From positions 3,275 to 67,274 of the forward strand of contig PXUB01000025.1 in NCBI GenBank assembly GCA_003009755.1: DNA of 64,000 nt, in the 5' to 3' direction. This document shows, piece by piece, positions 28,018-37,170 of the stretch (positions within the stretch are counted from its first letter, which is position 1; each line of letters opens with the position of its first letter). The notes beneath the pieces were generated by a model. That model worked only from the letters and a program-made list of their open reading frames with translations. It did not search any database and was not told the DNA's origin. Both the position numbers and the translations under genes were made by a program. Origin of the DNA: Thermoplasmatales archaeon SW_10_69_26. GTDB taxonomy: Archaea > Thermoplasmatota > SW-10-69-26.

Positions 28018-29679
28018 ATGGATTCTGGCGGTCTCACTCTTTCTTGTCAGTTCATCGACCTCGATCTCGGGGGGAACCAGGTCGTCCTCCACGCCGACGA
28101 CGCCGAGGAGATCGGGGTTCACCCTCAGCACCGCGTGCACGTCCGGTTCGGCGACGAGAGCTTGGTCGCCGTCGTCGACACGACCTCCTCGGTCGTGGAG
28201 CCCGGTCGGATCGGGGTCTTCCCCGGCGTGGCCGACGACCTGGGCCTGGAAGCGGATGCCCAGCTCGAGGTGCAGCCGGCCGAGAAGCCCGAAAGCGTCG
28301 AGTTCATCCGGAAGAAGATGAACGGGCGCGAGCTCGACACCGACGAGATCGCGCGCCTCGTCGAGGACATGGTGCAGGGCTCGTTGACCGACATCGAGCT
28401 GTCGGCCTACGTGACCAGCGTCGAGATCCACGACATGAACATCCGGGAGACGACGGACCTGACCCGGTCGATGGTGGAGACCGGCGAGGTCATCGACTTC
28501 CACGACCCGATGATCTTCGACAAGCACAGCATCGGGGGCGTGCCCGGGAACAAGATCACGCTGCTCGTCGTGCCGATCGCCGCCGCGGCCGGTCTGCCGA
28601 TCCCGAAGACCAGCTCGCGCGCGATCACCGGCGCGGCTGGCACCAGCGACGTGATGGAGGTCTTCTGCGACGTCAAGCTCACCGCCGAGCGGATCCGTTC
28701 GATCACGAACGACGTCGGCGGCGTCATGGCCTGGGGCGGCGCGGTCAACCTCGCCCCGGCCGACGACATCATCATCCGCGTCGAGCACCCCCTCTCGCTG
28801 GATCCGCGCTCGCTTCTACTGGCCAGCGTGATGGCGAAGAAGCGGGCGGTCGGCGCCAAGCACGTCGTCATCGACATCCCGATGGGCCCCGGCTCGAAGA
28901 TCGCGACGATGGAGGAGGCCAAGAGCCTGGCGCGGGACTTCATCGCGCTCGGCGACCGGCTCGGCATGCAGGTCGAGTGCGCGATCACCTACGGTGGCCA
29001 GCCCGTCGGCAAAACCGTCGGCCCCGCCCTCGAGGCCAACGAGGCGCTGCGCGCGCTGCGCGGCGACCCCGACGTGCCCGAGAGCTTCACGAAGAAGGCC
29101 ACCGCGATCGCGGGCATCCTGCTCGAGATGGGCGGCCTGGCCCGCCGCGGGCGGGGCCAACAGGAGGCCCAGCGCCTGCTCGAGGACGGCTCGGCGCTCG
29201 AGACGTTCTCCGAGATCGTGCAGGCTCAAGGCGGCCCCGAGCCCGAGCTGCAACCGGTGGGCGACCACACGTGGGAGCTCGTCGCCGACAAGGACGGCTA
29301 CGTCGCCGGCGTCGGGAACCGCGACATCGTGGCGATCACGCGCAGCCTGGGGGCGCCCAAGGTCAAGGGCGCCGGCGTCGAGCTGCCGAAGAAGGAGGGC
29401 GACAGCGTCGAGGAGGGCGAGACGCTGCTCAAGCTGTACGCCGAGTCCGAGTACAAGCTCGAGGCCGCCCGCAAGCTCGCGACGTCGAAGGACCCGGTCA
29501 CCGTCGAGGGTATGCTGTTGGAGCGCGTCCCCGAGTTCCGTGAGATCGGTGACGAGCCCAGCGGACCCGGGCCCGACCCGTCCGCGGACGGCAACGGCGG
29601 GATCCGTCAGGTAGCGCCGGAGGCCGACGACGACAACGAAGCGGACACCGAGGCCGAGACGGCCGCCGACGGCAGCTGA
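28018..29679 (+). CDS. deoA: AMP phosphorylase
   Basis: N-terminal archaeal extension, DKHSIGGVPGNK, KTSSRAIT and NLAPADD; divergent from rbcL. Confidence 0.92.
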   Translation: MDSGGLTLSCQFIDLDLGGNQVVLHADDAEEIGVHPQHRVHVRFGDESLVAVVDTTSSVVEPGRIGVFPGVADDLGLEADAQLEVQPAEKPESVEFIRKKMNGRELDTDEIARLVEDMVQGSLTDIELSAYVTSVEIHDMNIRETTDLTRSMVETGEVIDFHDPMIFDKHSIGGVPGNKITLLVVPIAAAAGLPIPKTSSRAITGAAGTSDVMEVFCDVKLTAERIRSITNDVGGVMAWGGAVNLAPADDIIIRVEHPLSLDPRSLLLASVMAKKRAVGAKHVVIDIPMGPGSKIATMEEAKSLARDFIALGDRLGMQVECAITYGGQPVGKTVGPALEANEALRALRGDPDVPESFTKKATAIAGILLEMGGLARRGRGQQEAQRLLEDGSALETFSEIVQAQGGPEPELQPVGDHTWELVADKDGYVAGVGNRDIVAITRSLGAPKVKGAGVELPKKEGDSVEEGETLLKLYAESEYKLEAARKLATSKDPVTVEGMLLERVPEFREIGDEPSGPGPDPSADGNGGIRQVAPEADDDNEADTEAETAADGS

Positions 29680-29726
29680 CCGCGCCGGACGTTCAGCTTC
29701 ATGTAGGGGACGCTTGCTCGGCCCCC

Positions 29727-30041
29727 GTGGTCCTGTGCTGGGTCCTGTGGGGGTTCATCGCCGCCGCCAACGTCGGCGGCTACGTCGCCACGAGCTACGA
29801 CAAGCGCGCCGCCCGCCTCTCCAGCCGGGCGAACCCGCCCGACCGGATCCCAGAGAAGCTGTTGTGGGCGCTGGCTGCCTTCGGCGGGTTCCCGGCGATG
29901 ATCTACGCCATGCACCGTGTGCGGCACAAGACCCGCAAGAAGCGGTTCCTCCTCGTCTTCTTCACGGCCGCCTTCGTGTCCACGATCGTGTGGGCTGGCT
30001 GGCTGTCGGTCACCGGGTGCCTGCCCTACGAGCTGTTCTAG
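29727..30041 (+). CDS. DUF1294 membrane protein
   Basis: YDKRAA...RIPEKLL...GG...RHKTRK. Confidence 0.85.
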   Translation: MVLCWVLWGFIAAANVGGYVATSYDKRAARLSSRANPPDRIPEKLLWALAAFGGFPAMIYAMHRVRHKTRKKRFLLVFFTAAFVSTIVWAGWLSVTGCLPYELF

Positions 30042-30141
30042 GCTGCCGGTCTTAGTCAGCTTGAGCTCTCGCGCCGGTCTGAGCGTTTCCACCGCCTGAG
30101 GCCGATCGAGAGCTGAACCCAAGCACAGCCGGCAGTCTGGG

Positions 30142-30743
30142 TCAAAGCTGCGGCAGCTGGCCCTCGATCGCCAGCCAGTGCAGACCGGAGAGGACGAGGA
30201 CGCCGATCGCCAGCAGCCAGTGCACGATCCGCCACCGCATGCGACCCCAACGATCCTCGAAGTAGGGCCGCCACCACCCGGTGACGAAGAGCGCGAGCAG
30301 GTAGACGGTGGCAATCGCGCCCGACAACCAGCCCACGAACTCCGCCAACAGCACGAGCTCGACCGTGTGGAGCAAAGCAAGGCCCAGGGCCACCGTCGAC
30401 GTCCAGATGTGGATGTCGATACGCCACCGTCGTAGGAGCCGGATCGGTCGGGTCAAGGCGACCCGGTCCGGGCCCAGCCGAGGAAGAAGGTCCCGGCGAT
30501 CAAGCCCAGCGAGCCCCAGCCGGCCCAGCCCCCGCCGATCTCCTCCAACAGATCCTCCTCTTCGCCGCCAGCGGCCTCCTCCTCGCCGTCTGCGACCATG
30601 CCGAGCCCCGCGCCGATCAGGCTGGCGGCGACGACCACGATCGCCGCGATGGCGAGGGACCGGTCCGTCTGACGGCCAGCGTGGTCACGATCCTCGGAGC
30701 TCGCGGCGGCCATCGGCGGCATCGAGAGGTCACCGACCGGCAA
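30142..30743 (-). pseudogene. Ferric-reductase-like transmembrane protein split by one frameshift
   Basis: ORFs 30453..30743 and 30142..30456 are collinear; His-bearing TM helices IHIW, LLHT, IVHW and LHW. Confidence 0.55.
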
Positions 30744-30831
30744 GAACGTTGCGATGGTGGCGGACGGCGTCGCTGCTGCGAGGGGCGGGGACGATGGACA
30801 GATTCAACTCCGACGCTCGTCTTGGGCCCTC

Positions 30832-32169
30832 GTGGCGTCTCGGCAGATCGGACTGCTCGTCCTCGTCGGCCTCCTGCTCGTTCCCGCCGTCACCGCCCAG
30901 GCCACCGGTTCGCCGGTGTACGTCGCGGACGTCGAGGGGACCGTCACACGGGGGACGGCGCTGCAGATCGAGGACGCGCTCGAGCAGGCCGAGGAAGCCG
31001 ACGCGCCGCTGGTGATCCGGCTGGATACGCCCGGCGGGCTCGTCGAGTCCACGCTGGAGATCGACCGCGCGATCGCCCGCAGCGATGTCCCGGTGCTCAC
31101 CTACGTCCGCGAGGGCGGCTGGGCGCAATCGGCGGGCACGTTCATCTTCCTGATGGGCCACCCCAACGGGATGGGGCAGGGGACCCAGATCGGGAGCGCC
31201 CAACCGATCGTGCAATCGCAAAGCGGCGGCACGCAGAACGCCTCCGAGAAGGTCACCAACGCGCTGGTCGAACGCATTCGCACGATCGCCGACCGCCACG
31301 ATCGCGACCCCGACGTCGCCCAGCAGTTCATCACCCGCAACCTGAACCTCAACGCCAGCGAGGCGCAGCGCCGGGGCATGAGCAACCACACCGTCGGCGA
31401 CCTCCGCGGGTTCCTCGAGGCGGTCGACGGCCGGCAGGCCAACGTCGGCGAGGCCACCGTCGAGCTCGACACGGCCGACGCCGAGATCCGTTACGTCGAG
31501 GAGGGGCTTTTGGTCCAGGTCGTGGAGATCGTCGGCAACCCGCAGGTCGCCTTCGTGTTGTTCCTGATCGGTCTCTACGGCGTCATCTTCGGCTTGGCCG
31601 CCCCCGGAACCCTGGTCCCGGAGACGATCGGGGCCCTGGCCCTGGTGATGGGCCTGATCGGGCTGGGGTTGTTCGACGCCGGCACCAGCGGGTTGCTGTT
31701 GATCCTGCTGGCCTCGGCCTTCTTCGTCGCCGAGGTCCTCACGCCCACGCATGGCGTGTTAGCGACAGCTGGGGCGATCGCGCTCGTGCTGGGAGCGATC
31801 TTCCTGCTGGACGAGCCCCTGCTGTCGCGGGACTACCTGCAACGCTTCCAGATCGTGGCCGTGATCTCGGCGATCGTCTCCGGCGGCGTCGCCTTGGGCG
31901 GTGTGGCCTTGGCGGTGCGGACCCGCGGCCAACCGACGCGCGACGAGGTGGAGGGCCGGGAGGCCGAGACGCTGACCCGGCTGGACCCGGAGGGTCAGGT
32001 TGCCTTCCGCGGCGAACGCTGGGGTGCCGTGACCGAGCACGGGCCGATCCCGCAGGATCGAACGGTCGTCATCGAGGCTCGCGAGGGCCTCACGCTGACA
32101 GTACGGGAACCGGACCCGCCCGCCGAGCAGACCGGGCGCGGCGACGACCTCGCCGCCGAGGACGACTAG
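30832..32169 (+). CDS. nfeD: NfeD membrane-bound ClpP-class serine protease
   Basis: LDTPGG, AQSAG, GSAQP, SEKVTN, TM region and C-terminal OB fold (GERWGA). Confidence 0.92.
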   Translation: MASRQIGLLVLVGLLLVPAVTAQATGSPVYVADVEGTVTRGTALQIEDALEQAEEADAPLVIRLDTPGGLVESTLEIDRAIARSDVPVLTYVREGGWAQSAGTFIFLMGHPNGMGQGTQIGSAQPIVQSQSGGTQNASEKVTNALVERIRTIADRHDRDPDVAQQFITRNLNLNASEAQRRGMSNHTVGDLRGFLEAVDGRQANVGEATVELDTADAEIRYVEEGLLVQVVEIVGNPQVAFVLFLIGLYGVIFGLAAPGTLVPETIGALALVMGLIGLGLFDAGTSGLLLILLASAFFVAEVLTPTHGVLATAGAIALVLGAIFLLDEPLLSRDYLQRFQIVAVISAIVSGGVALGGVALAVRTRGQPTRDEVEGREAETLTRLDPEGQVAFRGERWGAVTEHGPIPQDRTVVIEAREGLTLTVREPDPPAEQTGRGDDLAAEDD

Positions 32170-32171
32170 CC

Positions 32172-32519
32172 TCACTTCACGTACGTGAAGCAGGTCCAGC
32201 CGTCCGAGGACTCGACATCGAGAAGGCGGTTCTCCATCAACACGTCGTCGTTGGCTTGCCGCCAGGCGTCGGCCTCGTCCGAGGGCACGCAGTCTTGCAC
32301 CTCGTCACCCGGGTCCTTGTCGTCGTGGTCGTCCTCCGCGTAGGCGGCTTGGGAACCGGCGTCGGTGCCACCTCCGCCGGCCCACGTCACGGCGCCCGCC
32401 ACCGCCACGGTCAGCACACCCAAGCCCACGAGCGCGATCCCGAACTTCGTCGTGATCTCCTTGACGTTCGGATCGTTCAGGAGGACGTAGCGTTGCATGA
32501 TCTCCTCGATGTCGACCAA
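32172..32519 (-). CDS. Small exported or membrane hypothetical protein
   Basis: One hydrophobic segment then an acidic domain with two Cys; start uncertain. Confidence 0.55.
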   Translation of the reverse strand: MVDIEEIMQRYVLLNDPNVKEITTKFGIALVGLGVLTVAVAGAVTWAGGGGTDAGSQAAYAEDDHDDKDPGDEVQDCVPSDEADAWRQANDDVLMENRLLDVESSDGWTCFTYVK

Positions 32520-32640
32520 ACCGATCCCTCACCCCCGCCTCGCCAGGTCCCGCGGTTAAACGTGGGGGCCAGGACACCCGACCGAGGCCGCGAGACCGCG
32601 GGGCGCCAAGCCTTTTCAGCGGGACCCGTGATAGGGGACC

Positions 32641-33561
32641 ATGGGGTTGAGCGCGCTTCTCATCTCGCAAGGGACGTGGACCTTCGCCGCCATCGTCATC
32701 GGGTTCGTCGCCCTGCTCTTCGTCGCCTCGGCGATCAAGATCGTCAAGGAGTACGAGCGGGGCGTGATCTTCCGGCTGGGTCGGCTGATCGGAGCCAAGG
32801 GTCCCGGCCTGTTCTTCATCATCCCGATCTTGGACAAGATGGTCAAGGTCGACCTCCGCGTGATCACGCACGACGTGCCGATCCAGGAGGTCATGACCGT
32901 CGACAACGTCCCGGTCTCGGTGAACGCGGTCGTCTACTACCGCGTCATGGAGCCCGAGGACGCCACCGTCGAGGTCGAGGACTACCGGATGGCGACGAGC
33001 CAGATCGCGCAGACCACGCTGCGCAGCGTCGTCGGCAAATCCCAGCTCGACGAGTTGCTCGCCGAGCGCGAGAAGATCAACGAGGAGCTGCAGGAGGTCA
33101 TCGACGACGCCACCGACCCGTGGGGCATCAAGGTCTCCGCCGTCGAGATCAAGGACGTCGAGCTCCCGCAGGACATGCGTCGCGCCATGGCCGCCCAAGC
33201 CGAGGCCGAGCGCGAGCGCCGCGCCCGCGTGATCTCCGCCGAGGGCGAACAGCAGGCCGCCGAGCGGCTCAAGGAGGCCTCGCAGACGATGGCCGAGGGC
33301 AAGGGTTCGCTGTACCTGCGCACGCTGCAGACGATCCAGGAGACCGCCAGCGAGCAGGGCACCAACACGGTGATCCCGCTCCCGATCGAGTTCCTGAAGG
33401 CGCTGAACCCCAACGACGGCGGCAGCCTGCCGCTGATGGGGTCCGGTGGGGGCGACGACGACGGGGAAGACGATGACGGGGGAACCGAGCCCCTCGAGGA
33501 CATCGTTGACGACGACACCGGCGCCGAGGAGCTCGTCGAAGAGGAGAACGCGGGGACCTGA
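32641..33561 (+). CDS. Stomatin/SPFH (slipin) family protein
   Basis: EYERGVIFRLGR, QTTLRSV, WGIKV and AEAERERRA. Confidence 0.95.
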   Translation: MGLSALLISQGTWTFAAIVIGFVALLFVASAIKIVKEYERGVIFRLGRLIGAKGPGLFFIIPILDKMVKVDLRVITHDVPIQEVMTVDNVPVSVNAVVYYRVMEPEDATVEVEDYRMATSQIAQTTLRSVVGKSQLDELLAEREKINEELQEVIDDATDPWGIKVSAVEIKDVELPQDMRRAMAAQAEAERERRARVISAEGEQQAAERLKEASQTMAEGKGSLYLRTLQTIQETASEQGTNTVIPLPIEFLKALNPNDGGSLPLMGSGGGDDDGEDDDGGTEPLEDIVDDDTGAEELVEEENAGT

Positions 33562-33635
33562 CCCCGCTCACGATAGCATCGGCCGAGGACGCGTGGGCGC
33601 CCCCGGCCTCGGGCGGCCACCGTCCCGGTCGACGG

Positions 33636-33859
33636 TCAGGGACCGAAGGGTCCGGGGGCATTGGGCCCCTGGTCCTCCGTCGGGGCGATCAGATCCAGCT
33701 GGTCGGGGTTGAAGGCGCGGTCGCCTCCCTCCCCCACAGCTCGACCAGCACGCGGTTGTCCCGGTCGAAGTCGAGCACGAGACCCTGCTCGTCCCACAGG
33801 GTCTCGTCGACCTCCGGGTTCGGGCGCACGCGGACGGCATCTCCGACGCTGAGACGCAC
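33636..33859 (-). CDS. Small SH3/KOW-like protein with apparent 1-nt deletion in a G run
   Basis: VRLSVGDAVRV...GLVLDFD...VLVELWG; adding one G at 33731-33735 continues as EGGDRAFNPDQLDLI. Confidence 0.5.
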
Positions 33860-33961
33860 GTGTATCTCACCCACAGATGTCTTGCATGGCCAACCCTGAT
33901 GAAGGCTCGCTGGCCCGTCACATCGACGACGTTCAGATGCGGGTCCGTTTGTGGGCCGTTC

Positions 33962-35161
33962 TCAGGCGCTTTCGCCGCCCATGCGGGCGTCCGCGTGGGC
34001 GAGCGCGACGTCCGCGGCCTGATACAGCAGGTGCAGATCGGGCTCGGGTCGGGCGCGGGCGTAGTCGGCGAACTCGCCGCGCAGCGCCAACAGGTCCGCG
34101 TGGCCCTCCTCGACCGTGTCGGGATCGGCCCCAGGGCCCAGGTGGCGAGCGATCGTGGCCCGCAGGCGTTCGATCTTGACGGCGGCGAAGCCAGGCGGCA
34201 TCGGGTTGTCGACGAGCGGCACGAGCTCGGGCTCGCCGCCCTCGCCGGGGGGGCCCTGGAAGCCGCCGGCTTCGAGGCCGCGGATCGCGTTCTCGAGGTG
34301 GGCGAGCTCGGGCGCCTCGTGGAGGGGCGTGGCCAGCGGTTCGCCGCAGGCGGCCACACCTTCGACGTCGAAGAGGCCGCGGCCGTCGCCGCGGAGGCCG
34401 TCGAGGAACCGGCGGGGCAGCGCCTCGCCCTCCTCGGTCTCCGCTTCGCGCCAGGCCAGCCGGGAGAGGTCGCCGACGGGCAGCTCGGCACGCAGAGCCA
34501 ACGCCAGACCGGAGGGCGGCGGCGGATCGGGATCGTCGCCGGTGGGCCACAGGTAGCCGGCACCGCCACCGGCGAGCACGGTCGTCTCGGCGCGGTGCGT
34601 GGTGCACTCCTCGCCGTCGACGAGCACGGCCCCGGAGACGCCCTCCTCGGCGTCGCCGATCAAGCGCACGGCGACGGTCGTCTGGTCCACGGCGGCGCCC
34701 TCGCGCTGCAAGCGATCGAGGATCGCCTCGCGCAGGTTGCGGGCCCAGGCTTCGTCGTTGGGGACGTCCAGCTCCTCGAGCCACCGTCGGACGCGACGGG
34801 CGCGGAAGCCGAACACCTGGGCCTCCTCGGGGGCGGGAACCTCGCTGCGCTTGATGAGCTCGCGGGCCTGGGGCACCGGGTCCTCGGGGATCGGCGGGAC
34901 GTCGGGGACGTCCTGGGCGCCCTGGACGAGCAGGCGGGTGCGGGCGCCCGATCGCACGGCGGCGAGGGCGGCGGCTGCGCCGGCCAGGTCGCCACCGACG
35001 ACGAGCACGGACCGGTCGCGGGGACGGTCGGCGTCGGTCTCCTCGTCCGAGCCGAGGGTCATGCCGCCCAGCATGCCGCCGGGGCCTTCGCGGTCGCCGA
35101 CGATGGCGCCGACGGCGTCCCCAGACGAGGACGGCGACGGGTGTTGATCGGGGTCCGCCAT
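33962..35161 (-). CDS. Degenerate L-aspartate oxidase (NadB)-like protein
   Basis: Directly downstream of nadA. VLVVGGDLAG, VLAGGGAGYL, GLALALRA and EGVAACGE echo NadB/SdhA motifs; QFHPT is absent. Confidence 0.65.
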   Translation of the reverse strand: MADPDQHPSPSSSGDAVGAIVGDREGPGGMLGGMTLGSDEETDADRPRDRSVLVVGGDLAGAAAALAAVRSGARTRLLVQGAQDVPDVPPIPEDPVPQARELIKRSEVPAPEEAQVFGFRARRVRRWLEELDVPNDEAWARNLREAILDRLQREGAAVDQTTVAVRLIGDAEEGVSGAVLVDGEECTTHRAETTVLAGGGAGYLWPTGDDPDPPPPSGLALALRAELPVGDLSRLAWREAETEEGEALPRRFLDGLRGDGRGLFDVEGVAACGEPLATPLHEAPELAHLENAIRGLEAGGFQGPPGEGGEPELVPLVDNPMPPGFAAVKIERLRATIARHLGPGADPDTVEEGHADLLALRGEFADYARARPEPDLHLLYQAADVALAHADARMGGESA

Positions 35162-35165
35162 GCGA

Positions 35166-36293
35166 TCACGACCCGATCTCGAGCATGCGGTCCAGCGCGA
35201 CGCGGGACCACTCGCGGTCCTCCTCGTCGACGCGGACGCGGTTGATCACGTTGCCCTTGACCAGCTCCTCGAGCACCCAGGTCACGTAGTTGGGGTCGAT
35301 CTGGCGCATCGCGTTGCAATCCAGGCAGGCGTCGCCGCACAGCTGGATGACCTGCTTGGCCTCGGGCGTGTTGCGCTGCAGGTGCTCGATGAGGTGCTTC
35401 TCGGTGCCGATCGCGATCGTGGTGTCATCCTCGGCCTCGTGCACGAAGTCGATGATCTGGCCCGTCGAACCGGCGAAGTCGGCGGCGTCGACGACCTCGC
35501 GCGGGCACTCGGGGTGGACGATGATCTCGCCGTCCGGGTAGCGCTCGCGCATGCCGGCCACGTGCTCGAGGGAGAACCGGTCGTGGACCTGGCACATGCC
35601 ATCCCACAGGATGAAGCGGGCGTCCTCGACGGCCTCCCGAGAGGTGCCGCCGAACTCGGGGTGCCAGGGGTTCCACTTCACCCAGTCCTCGTCGCGGAAG
35701 CCCAGGTCGTAGGCGGTGTTGTGGCCGAGGTGCTTGTCCGGCATGAACAGGATCTTGCGCCCGGAGTCCAGCGCCCACTCGAAGATCTCGTCGGCGCTCG
35801 AGCTCGTGCAGATCGCCCCGTCCATCCGGCCGGTGAAGGCCTTGAGGTCGGCGTAGCTGTTCATGTAGGTGACGGGCACGATCTCGTCGGGGTCGAGCAC
35901 CTGGGTGAGGTCGTCCCAGGCTTGGCGAACCTGCACCATCTCGGCCATGCCGGCCATCGGGCAGGCGGCCTCGCGGCTCGGGATGATGACGTTGCGTTCG
36001 CCGCCGGTAAGGATGTCGGCCGTCTCGGCCATGAACGTGACGCCGCAGAAGACGATGTTCTCGACCTCGGCGTCACGGGCGCGCTTGGAGAGGGAGAAGG
36101 AATCACCCGTGAAGTCCGCCAGCTCGTAGATCTCCTCGTGCTGGTAGTTGTGCCCCAAGATGAGGGTCGAGTCGCCCAGGCAATCGCGGGCGCGCTCGAT
36201 GCGCTCGGCTCGTTCCCCCGGGCCCAGATCCCGGTAGGGTTCCGGTAGCTGGGCGAAGTGGGCGTACCGGAACAGGTTCAGCGTCTCGGCCAT
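35166..36293 (-). CDS. nadA: Quinolinate synthase
   Basis: ILGHNYQ, GDS, FCGVTFMAE, CPMA, YMNS, CTSS, CQVH, HPEC and CNAM. Confidence 0.95.
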   Translation of the reverse strand: MAETLNLFRYAHFAQLPEPYRDLGPGERAERIERARDCLGDSTLILGHNYQHEEIYELADFTGDSFSLSKRARDAEVENIVFCGVTFMAETADILTGGERNVIIPSREAACPMAGMAEMVQVRQAWDDLTQVLDPDEIVPVTYMNSYADLKAFTGRMDGAICTSSSADEIFEWALDSGRKILFMPDKHLGHNTAYDLGFRDEDWVKWNPWHPEFGGTSREAVEDARFILWDGMCQVHDRFSLEHVAGMRERYPDGEIIVHPECPREVVDAADFAGSTGQIIDFVHEAEDDTTIAIGTEKHLIEHLQRNTPEAKQVIQLCGDACLDCNAMRQIDPNYVTWVLEELVKGNVINRVRVDEEDREWSRVALDRMLEIGS

Positions 36294-36480
36294 CGCATGG
36301 AGCCAGCCGACCGGAGCCTAAAGGCGTTGGGTTGGGGGAAATCCGTTCGCCCTCGGGAGCGCTGGCTCGAAGAATTTTCGCTCGCGCCCGCGACCACGAA
36401 GCTGCCTGCGGTGGCAAGCTTCCCCACCCCGAGCGAACATCTATAACGTCTGTTGCCTTGCCCTATACGAGGCGGTCGAC

Positions 36481-37083
36481 ATGACTGACTACACGCTGGA
36501 CGAGCTTCCCTACGACTACGACGCGCTGGAGCCCCACATCAGCGAGCAGGTGCTCAAGTGGCACCACGACCGACACCACCAGGGCTACGTTGACGGGTGG
36601 AACAGCGCCGAGGAGACGCTCGAGGAGAACCGCGAGTCCGGCGACTTCTCTTCGAGCGGGTCCGCCCTCCGCAACGTGACCCACAACGGGTGCGGTCACA
36701 TCCTGCACGCGCTGTTCTGGCACAACATGAGCCCCACCGGCGGCGACGAGCCCACCGGCGCGATCGCCGACCGCATCGAGGCGGACTTCGGCAGCTACGA
36801 GGCCTGGGAAGGTGAGTTCCGCGCCGCAGCCAGCGAGGCCTCCGGCTGGGCGCTCCTCGTCTACGACAGCTTCTCCAACCAGCTCCGCAACGTGGTCGTC
36901 GACAAGCACGACCAAGGCGCGCTCTGGGGCTCGCACCCGATCCTCGCCTTGGACGTGTGGGAGCACTCCTACTACCACGACTACGGCCCCGACCGCGGCG
37001 ACTTCGTCGACGCGTTCTTCAACGTCGTCGACTGGGAGGAGCCCCGCTCGCGGTACAAGCAGGCCGTCTCCCTGTTCGAGTAA
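36481..37083 (+). CDS. sod: Fe/Mn superoxide dismutase (haloarchaeal-like)
   Basis: LPYDYDALEPHISEQ, WHHDRHHQGYV and DVWEHSYY. Confidence 0.95.
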   Translation: MTDYTLDELPYDYDALEPHISEQVLKWHHDRHHQGYVDGWNSAEETLEENRESGDFSSSGSALRNVTHNGCGHILHALFWHNMSPTGGDEPTGAIADRIEADFGSYEAWEGEFRAAASEASGWALLVYDSFSNQLRNVVVDKHDQGALWGSHPILALDVWEHSYYHDYGPDRGDFVDAFFNVVDWEEPRSRYKQAVSLFE

Positions 37084-37100
37084 GCGCATCCCGCGCTCTT

Positions 37101-37144
37101 GGCCTCCCCGCGAGGAGAGGCCCGCTTTCCTCTTCTTCTCTTCC
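37101..37144 (+). terminator. Hairpin plus C/T tract after sod
   Basis: GGCCTC...GAGGCC followed by CTTTCCTCTTCTTCTCTTCC. Confidence 0.55.
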
Positions 37145-37170
37145 GCCCGCCAGCGACGCCGCCACCCAGC

